DNA of 22,625 nucleotides from a virus: UHGV virus genome UHGV-0227363; one strand, 5' to 3'. Shown piece by piece: positions 16,672 to 22,625 of this stretch (position 1 is its first letter; each line of letters starts with the position of its first letter). The notes under the pieces were generated by a model. It saw only the letters and a program-made list of their open reading frames with translations, ran no database searches and was not told where the DNA came from. The position numbers and the translations under genes were made by a program.

Positions 16672-18253
16672 GTGGTGTTGTCTCCTCTTCCGGCCTGCGA
16701 CTCTCCGCTATCTGCTGCTGATACGCCTGCGCTATCCACACCGGACGTGAGAGTCCGGCTTTTTCCCGCTCTGCAGATTCCCTGACCTGCTGGCGGAAAA
16801 TGTCCTGATAATCCTCGCCCATCAGCGCCAGCTCTTTCTCATACGTGCTCAGTCCGGAATCAATACGCATCACCGATTCCTGAACCTCCTTGAGCCCGTC
16901 AATGGCCATTCTTCCGGCACCAATCCACTCAGCCCGTGACCAGGCTGAACGCGCCTGATAAAAATCAAAACGTGCCCGTGGCGGACGGATAATCCCCCGC
17001 AGAAGTGCCTCTTCCAGCCAGCAGGAAAACATCTGCGTGGCCAGCCGGGACGCAATAAATTTTCGCCGCCCCATAAAATAGCGCCACGACTCATTGGCGG
17101 AGGCGCGGGCACTTGAGTAACTGACCTTCGAGTAATCACGGGACAACTGTTCGTAGGAAACGCCAAGACCGGCGGCGATATACCGCAGCAGCGCCTGTTC
17201 AAGCGCAGAAAATCCATTGTCTGAATCCTGCGCTGTCTGTAGTTTCAGATCATCACCAGGGAAAAGGTGCGGAATTTTGACACCGCCCAGCGTCACGTTA
17301 TTCGTGTCATACCAGCTGGAGAACTTCTCCAGAATATTAATAAGCGGATTATCCTTCTGCCCCTGCGGCGCACCGGCGATATATTCAAAGGCCTTTTCGG
17401 TATCCAGTTCACTTTCAATTGTCGCTGCATACATCGCCTTGACAATGGCCGACTGAAGCTGTGTTGCCTGCAGGGAATCGAGCATCTTCAGCCGTTCCAT
17501 GACGCTGTAAAACTGGTTGGCCCCACGGGTCTGCCCGTCCTCCACCGGCTCGAAAATATGCAGCATGGCCGGACGCCCGGTGGGAAGTTCACGCGGGATC
17601 CGTTCCCATCGTCCACTCCCGGAGCGAGGAAAATCATCCTCACAGATATGGTACGCAACGGCACGGCCATATCGATCAACCTCCACACCGGCCCGCAGAA
17701 AACGGTTCCCGATACCGTGTCCTGGCGTGTCCACCCGTTTCGGACTCACGGCTTTAAAACGCGTACGAAACAGTTGCGTGCTCTCCGTATCCCAGACCGG
17801 CTGCACAAAGATTTCGCCGTTAAACGCATGAACGCCCACACCTTCACGGATAAATTCCGTAAACGTGCGTTTCCCTTCCACGTCGATCTCACCAAACATC
17901 CCTTCTGCGTATTCTGACCAGGCCGCCTCCACCTCATCGACAAAACTTTTTGTCGCGGTCTCCCGCATCCCCAGCCAGCGCCAGTTCGGGCGGTAGCTGA
18001 TAAGAAACATATGCCCGACAATGTGATCCTTATGCAGGGCCACCGCATTGGCCGCTATCCCGTTATTGCGCACCAGATCATCTGCCCGGGCATTCCCCAG
18101 ACGCAACGCGGGCAGCAGGGCCGCATCGGCACTCTGCGCCGGTGGCAACCACTCCGCCATTTGCCCGCCAAATCCTGCGCCGCCCCCGTTGTAGCTGAGG
18201 CTCTCCCGAAGCGGAACGCCGTTCACATCAATCAGGACAGGCGTTCGTTTCAT
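16661..18253 (-). CDS. B: portal protein B
   Basis: 530 aa, resembles lambda gpB. Confidence 0.9.
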   Translation of the reverse strand: MKRTPVLIDVNGVPLRESLSYNGGGAGFGGQMAEWLPPAQSADAALLPALRLGNARADDLVRNNGIAANAVALHKDHIVGHMFLISYRPNWRWLGMRETATKSFVDEVEAAWSEYAEGMFGEIDVEGKRTFTEFIREGVGVHAFNGEIFVQPVWDTESTQLFRTRFKAVSPKRVDTPGHGIGNRFLRAGVEVDRYGRAVAYHICEDDFPRSGSGRWERIPRELPTGRPAMLHIFEPVEDGQTRGANQFYSVMERLKMLDSLQATQLQSAIVKAMYAATIESELDTEKAFEYIAGAPQGQKDNPLINILEKFSSWYDTNNVTLGGVKIPHLFPGDDLKLQTAQDSDNGFSALEQALLRYIAAGLGVSYEQLSRDYSKVSYSSARASANESWRYFMGRRKFIASRLATQMFSCWLEEALLRGIIRPPRARFDFYQARSAWSRAEWIGAGRMAIDGLKEVQESVMRIDSGLSTYEKELALMGEDYQDIFRQQVRESAEREKAGLSRPVWIAQAYQQQIAESRRPEEETTPRET

Positions 18254-18456
18254 AACCTCACTCCCAGCGGACGACGGCGACGGCGGGTTGTCCCCAGTAC
18301 CAACTCAGCATCATTGATCGCACGGTTAAGCTCATCCAGAGAGGCCGCCGTATATTCAATTCTGCGACCATCTTTCTGGACAGACACCACCCGTTTACCG
18401 GTTAATAAATCAAGGCGCGCCTGACGCAGCGCCTGTAGTTCAGCGACTGTAACCAT
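18250..18456 (-). CDS. W: head-tail joining protein W
   Basis: 68 aa, ..LTGKRVVSVQKDGRRIEYTA.. resembles lambda gpW. Confidence 0.75.
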   Translation of the reverse strand: MVTVAELQALRQARLDLLTGKRVVSVQKDGRRIEYTAASLDELNRAINDAELVLGTTRRRRRPLGVRL

Positions 18457-20368
18457 TCACTCCTCCGGACAGCTTCGCTGCCAGTTCTTTAAGGGTTGGC
18501 CGGGTCGTCTCTTCTTCCCGGGATTTTGCCAGTACAGCCAGATCAAGCTGCCAGCGTTGCACGGACACACGTAATGCCGCATAGGCATACACCAGGCAGT
18601 CCAGCGCTTCGTTACGCCGCTTTTTGTTATCCCACAGCAGACGCATCTTTCCTTTTTCCCACTTCTCCACAAGCTCTTCCGCCACCAGTTGCTGCGCCTC
18701 TGTCTGCGAAAAAATCTCCGGATCATCAGGAAAACGGATGGCATACGACGTGGCTTCATCCGCAGGCGTGGGATCGGCTTTCATACGGGCATAGAGAATT
18801 TCTTTTGCGGTGTCCGTCCCCACTTCGCACAGATACACGCCCCGCTGATTGCGGGTTTTTGGCATGGTGATCACCGGCTTGCCATAAACAGATGCACCTT
18901 TTACCGGCAGCACCCGGAAAACACCGTGTTTTTTTGACCTCTGATAGACAATTTCACCATCGATCCCCCCGGTGTCCCAGCAGACACGGGAAATGGTCAT
19001 TTCGGTTCCGTCTGCATGGCAGTATTTTTTGTTGATCGCCGCATCCACACGTAACAGCGTCTCTTCCTCATCGGGACGGCCCATAATGATGATTTTATCC
19101 ACCAGAAAAGCTTCCTCTCCCGGTGCCCATCCCCAGACATACATCTCAAAACGGTTTCGCTGCGAGTCAATGCCCGCCGTCAGATAAACCACCCGGGCTG
19201 GCACCGCCGCCGTGTAATGCACGACCTTATCCATCAGTACCTGGTGATCGAGTTTTTCGCCCACGGCCTCTTCCCAGGTCTCGCCCAGCGTGGTGTTCAC
19301 AAAGGTTTTCAGGCCGTTGGGATCTTTCAGTGCATCCAGCCAGTCATAGACTATCTGTACCCAGGTGGTGAACGGACTGTACGCCGTCCAGATATGGAAC
19401 GTGATGGAGCGCGGCGGCGGAATTTCATTATCCGCGGCGCTGAAAAACGTCAGACCGTCACGGGTCCACATCCCCGTGTTTTCACAGATCCACCGCCCGT
19501 TGCTCTGGTCAAGCTCAGACTGATGGATCACGCAGCCATGATGTTCACAGAGGTAGAAAACGCTTTCGGGGCTGTCTTTCTCCCATTTAAGGCCAAAAGG
19601 CGTGGATTCATCGCCAAATTTCAGATACTGCTCCTCCCCACAGTGTGGGCAGGGCACATAAAAACGCATGAAATGCGCCGACTCGTTGGCCGCTTTTTCG
19701 ATCTGGCAGGAGCCTTTTATTTTAGGCGTCGAGCCGCGAATGGATTTTGGCCATACCGAGCCCTCAATACGTTTATCCCCAAGCAGGGTTGGCGAACCCT
19801 CTTTTTCGACATCCGGTTCGAACGAGGAAAGTTCGTCATAGCAGACCACGTCCACGGATTTTTCACGGTAGTTTTTAGCGGCAGCCCCGCCCAGGCACCA
19901 GAAGCCCACGCCCGATGAAAAACGTTTCAGCGTGAGGGTATTATCACGATGTTTACGCCCAAACCACGGTGCAAGATCGAGTAAAACCGGCACATCCCTG
20001 ATCGTGGGTTCCACATGAGATTTCATAAAATCTTCAGCAGCAGAATCCGTGGGCTGGAAAAGAAGGCTGTTGCGTGATTTATGCTCAATAAAATAAGCCT
20101 CCACTCCCAGCAACATCTTTGTATAACCAACACGGGCAGATTTAATCAGATTAACAGTGCGGATCCGGTCATTCCCCATGCTGTTCATGATGGCAACCTG
20201 AAACGGCAGTGTTTCCCACCGCCCCGGGGTGTAAGATGACTCTTTCGGAAGGTAATAATGCCGATCTGCCCACTGAACTGTCGTCAGAGGGACAGGAATT
20301 TTTAGCGCAAGGAGGCCGGTTGCTATCGCTCCTGCAGAATTAGCCGCCCTCAGTTCGTCTGAAATCAT
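18440..20368 (-). CDS. A: terminase large subunit A
   Basis: Resembles lambda gpA; start placed at MISDELR (ATG 20368, AGGTGG upstream) rather than the longest ORF start 20410. Confidence 0.9.
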   Translation of the reverse strand: MISDELRAANSAGAIATGLLALKIPVPLTTVQWADRHYYLPKESSYTPGRWETLPFQVAIMNSMGNDRIRTVNLIKSARVGYTKMLLGVEAYFIEHKSRNSLLFQPTDSAAEDFMKSHVEPTIRDVPVLLDLAPWFGRKHRDNTLTLKRFSSGVGFWCLGGAAAKNYREKSVDVVCYDELSSFEPDVEKEGSPTLLGDKRIEGSVWPKSIRGSTPKIKGSCQIEKAANESAHFMRFYVPCPHCGEEQYLKFGDESTPFGLKWEKDSPESVFYLCEHHGCVIHQSELDQSNGRWICENTGMWTRDGLTFFSAADNEIPPPRSITFHIWTAYSPFTTWVQIVYDWLDALKDPNGLKTFVNTTLGETWEEAVGEKLDHQVLMDKVVHYTAAVPARVVYLTAGIDSQRNRFEMYVWGWAPGEEAFLVDKIIIMGRPDEEETLLRVDAAINKKYCHADGTEMTISRVCWDTGGIDGEIVYQRSKKHGVFRVLPVKGASVYGKPVITMPKTRNQRGVYLCEVGTDTAKEILYARMKADPTPADEATSYAIRFPDDPEIFSQTEAQQLVAEELVEKWEKGKMRLLWDNKKRRNEALDCLVYAYAALRVSVQRWQLDLAVLAKSREEETTRPTLKELAAKLSGGVNGYSR

Positions 20369-20888
20369 CAATCCACCTGCGCACATTCTCACCGGCTTCA
20401 GAAGCCACATCGGATGCTTTCGCGATTTCAGTTTTCACAGCATCAAGATGTACGGGTGATATATCAGGGTATTTACGCTGCAGTGTCTGAGGGACACGGA
20501 CAAGGATCCCTGATATATTCTGTGCCACTCGCTGAAAGATGTAGGTAAATAACTCCGTCTCGAGGACAAGGCCTTCCTCACGAGCATTTTTCAGCTCCTG
20601 TGCATCGGCCTGTGCCTTCGTCAGTCGGTAACGTTCGTAATCAATGGTGCCGGGCTGAAGGTCTGATTCGCTGGCAGCCCTCAAATCCTCGATCTCTTTA
20701 CGGAGTTTTTCGTTTTTAATATCAGCTTCCCTCTGCGCATACCACTGAATGGCAGCAGTTGTATCAAAAACTGATTCAGTCCCTTTCCCTCCACCAGAAA
20801 CTAGTGGTAACCCCTGACTCTGCCAGGCGGTGATGGTCCTGACATCAACGCCAAAAATATCGGCCAGTTTTTTCTTATTGACGTTCAT
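20340..20888 (-). CDS. nu1: terminase small subunit Nu1
   Basis: 182 aa, [19 protein letters not shown]... resembles lambda Nu1; start about 181 bp from cosN. Confidence 0.9.
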   Translation of the reverse strand: MNVNKKKLADIFGVDVRTITAWQSQGLPLVSGGGKGTESVFDTTAAIQWYAQREADIKNEKLRKEIEDLRAASESDLQPGTIDYERYRLTKAQADAQELKNAREEGLVLETELFTYIFQRVAQNISGILVRVPQTLQRKYPDISPVHLDAVKTEIAKASDVASEAGENVRRWIDDFRRTEGG

Positions 20889-21110
20889 ACACTCCCCCGG
20901 GAACCAGAAAGGATCTGAAAATGGCGTTTTCTAACAAAAACAGCCTTTGTTAGATCCTTTTATATTTTTAAAATTCTATTGATAATCAATCAGTTAAAAA
21001 GAAGAAAAACGGATCTGATTTTTCCCTAAAAATTTTCATAAATAGCGAAAACCCGCGAGGTCGCCGCCCCGTAACCTGTTGGATCGACGGAAAGGACCCG
21101 AAAACGAGAA
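20889..21110 (-). other. cos site region (cosB toward Nu1, cosN 21058..21069, cosQ-side sequence 21070..about 21110)
   Basis: + strand aggtcgccgccc 21058-21069 is the reverse complement of the lambda 12-nt cohesive end GGGCGGCGACCT; flanks match lambda left and right terminal sequences as recalled. Confidence 0.75.
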
Positions 21111-21217
21111 TAATTATCACTTACAGCAAGAATCGAATCTGATCTATTATGGTGCTTGCTATTATGTGCCGGCACAAGTGCGTCGTTTACCGTCATTTCA
21201 CACAGAGGCATCATCAA

Positions 21218-21469
21218 ATGAAAATCAGAAATATTCTCGCTATCTCCCTTGCAACATCATCCTTCAGTTGCCTGGCATTTAAATCCTCGCCCAATGTGCT
21301 ACCAGGACCAACGAATCAACTAACTGCGGTAGAAAGTAAAATTATCGGACATTTTTATGCCCCACACAGTGCATTACCCGGAACAACCATCACAGGGACA
21401 TGTGACGCCTCCCCCGTCCCGGGATGCACCTGTCCGTTTTGTACTATGCTGCGTAGCCAAAACCGATAA
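21218..21469 (+). CDS. small secreted cysteine-rich protein (84 aa; predicted Sec signal peptide)
   Basis: MKIRNILAISLATSSFSCLA-FKS signal-like N-terminus; C-terminal C-x7-C-x-C-x2-C cluster; AT-rich; antisense to late operon. Confidence 0.5.
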   Translation: MKIRNILAISLATSSFSCLAFKSSPNVLPGPTNQLTAVESKIIGHFYAPHSALPGTTITGTCDASPVPGCTCPFCTMLRSQNR

Positions 21470-21530
21470 CATCCGCATTTACCTGGTATTACATGATGAG
21501 TTCACGCAGCGACTGATAGAGGAAGGAAAG

Positions 21531-21710
21531 ATGGTTAGTAAAAGCAAGGCGCATTGCCGCCGCATGCTGCAGGCATTGCAACAGACGAGAGCAGGTATTT
21601 TTGACCAGTTGGAAAACTGCCAGCATACTTTGCCCGAGTATATCGCCATCTCATCGGAAACCAGTGCAACTCTTATTCATCGGGTTCCACCAGAGAAAAA
21701 GAAGAAATGA
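21531..21710 (+). CDS. hypothetical small protein (59 aa, C-terminal KKKK)
   Basis: ATG preceded by GAGGAAGGAAAG; followed by hairpin terminator. Confidence 0.4.
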   Translation: MVSKSKAHCRRMLQALQQTRAGIFDQLENCQHTLPEYIAISSETSATLIHRVPPEKKKK

Positions 21711-21716
21711 ACAGTG

Positions 21717-21747
21717 AGGCGTTGTGTGGCATACAACGCCTTCTTCC
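21717..21747. terminator. bidirectional terminator-like hairpin (9-bp stem aggcgttgt / acaacgcct) between convergent genes
   Basis: Inverted repeat 21717-21741 flanked by T-rich runs on both strands. Confidence 0.45.
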
Positions 21748-21832
21748 ATCATTCCTCGTCAGCCATGACAAAAATATAACCGCTGGCTCTTTCATTTTTC
21801 TCCTGCGTCCAGCCCCTCTCTACCTGGAAGCA

Positions 21833-22285
21833 TCAAGGACGTGACGGCGTAAAGATAAATTGTCTCTTCACTCCCTGACAGGGGCGATTCTTTTCAAATC
21901 GCCATTTCGCCATGGCCTTCACCACTTCATCACGAAACAAATTATGAGGCTCTGAGCGGAGAAAAACGATCCGTGTCACAGTCCCATCAGCACCAATATC
22001 GAACTTAACCTCAACCAGCCCCTTGATATAATTTGCTGCAGCATATTCCGGATATCGTGGATACACCGTCACTAATTGCCGGGGCTCATCAGCTTTTTGC
22101 TGCGAGCATCCCACTGCCAGGACAGATAACAGAAAAAGTAGTAAAAGGATATCCGCACTCAGTGCCTGAAATAAGTTTTGTTGATGTGCCGTATCGTCGC
22201 TATATTCCCTCATTAACAGAGACCGCAGCCCGACAGGGAGACTCCTCTGCGCGAGTGTGCGGGGATAATTAAAAACGATGCACAC
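21833..22285 (-). CDS. lipoprotein with TonB C-terminal-like domain (left copy; start codon uncertain)
   Basis: LLLLFLLSVLAVGC lipobox-like segment then YP..A...G.V.V.F.I..DG.V....S.P...F..EV..AM..WRFE pattern typical of TonB C-terminal domain; no convincing RBS/start next to signal peptide. Confidence 0.55.
   Translation of the reverse strand: MCIVFNYPRTLAQRSLPVGLRSLLMREYSDDTAHQQNLFQALSADILLLLFLLSVLAVGCSQQKADEPRQLVTVYPRYPEYAAANYIKGLVEVKFDIGADGTVTRIVFLRSEPHNLFRDEVVKAMAKWRFEKNRPCQGVKRQFIFTPSRP
22019..22148. repeat. left arm of perfect 130-bp inverted repeat
   Basis: Exact reverse complement of 22496..22625; may extend past window end. Confidence 0.9.
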
Positions 22286-22484
22286 CGGGTTTTTACCGCG
22301 TTAATGATTCGCGGGTTTATCCCGGTGCGATGGTGGAAGAAACAGGAAGCTGTATTACAGAAAGTGCTACTACTGTATCCCGATGCGATGTATGTAATGT
22401 GAGTCAGATAATGGCACAGGATGTGGTGATGTGGCAGTCTGGAACACAGGATATATTGTCAGAATAAGACCCGTAGGAATAAAA

Positions 22485-22625
22485 ATGAAAAGACGCCTTT
22501 TACTACTTTTTCTGTTATCTGTCCTGGCAGTGGGATGCTCGCAGCAAAAAGCTGATGAGCCCCGGCAATTAGTGACGGTGTATCCACGATATCCGGAATA
22601 TGCTGCAGCAAATTATATCAAGGGG
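22485..22625 (+). CDS. lipoprotein paralog, 5' part (runs off window)
   Basis: ATG 22485 with AGGA 8 nt upstream; MKRRLLLLFLLSVLAVGCSQQ... lipoprotein signal; codons 4-47 identical at DNA level to left copy. Confidence 0.6.
   Translation, partial: MKRRLLLLFLLSVLAVGCSQQKADEPRQLVTVYPRYPEYAAANYIKG
22496..22625. repeat. right arm of perfect 130-bp inverted repeat
   Basis: Exact reverse complement of 22019..22148. Confidence 0.9.

Noticed and set aside
21026-21282. ORFs 21026..21217 (-) and 21079..21282 (+) overlapping cos
   Set aside because: They span cosN and cosQ, have no RBS and AT-rich low-complexity translations; the region is better explained as cos plus the upstream region of the secreted peptide gene.
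7036-22495. Similar spacer lengths of the two inverted-repeat structures (344 bp at the L junction, 347 bp at the lipoprotein pair)
   Set aside because: No mechanism can be supported from sequence and the spacers are unrelated; treated as coincidence, though it is relevant if assembly artefacts are suspected.
1-22625. Search for integrase, attachment sites, tRNA, lysis genes, reverse transcriptase (DGR or retron) and defence-island genes
   Set aside because: None is evident in the window; all long ORFs are accounted for by structural and packaging genes, and lysis and integration modules presumably lie outside.

Overview
The window reads as a lambdoid prophage region from an enterobacterial (E. 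coli-like) genome. It contains two convergent phage structural modules that abut tail-to-tail inside the minor tail gene L. The + strand module (1..7035) is partial: head-tail connector, head-tail adaptor, HK97 gp10-like protein, tail completion protein, Ig-domain major tail protein, G/G-T chaperone with an A_AAA_AAG slippery site, a 1080-aa tape measure, gpM and only the first 28 codons of gpL. The - strand module (7037..20888) is a nearly complete lambda-type packaging, head and tail set: Nu1, A, W, B, C with a nested Nu3-like scaffold, D, E, FI, FII, Z, U, V, G/G-T with the lambda-type G_GGA_AAG slippery site, an 853-aa H, M and a truncated L. Both modules lack the distal tail genes (rest of L, K, I, J, fibres). 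A lambda-type cos site (cosN 21058..21069) follows, then an AT-rich moron-like region with a small Sec-secreted cysteine-rich protein, a 59-aa protein, and a lipoprotein with a TonB C-terminal-like domain. That lipoprotein's 5' coding region sits in a perfect 130-bp inverted repeat with a second, divergently oriented copy across a 347-bp spacer. Two observations stand out: the gpL junction with its 100-bp near-perfect inverted repeat, and the inverted-repeat lipoprotein pair. All homology calls come from reading the translations and from memory of lambda and HK97 proteins; no database search was run.
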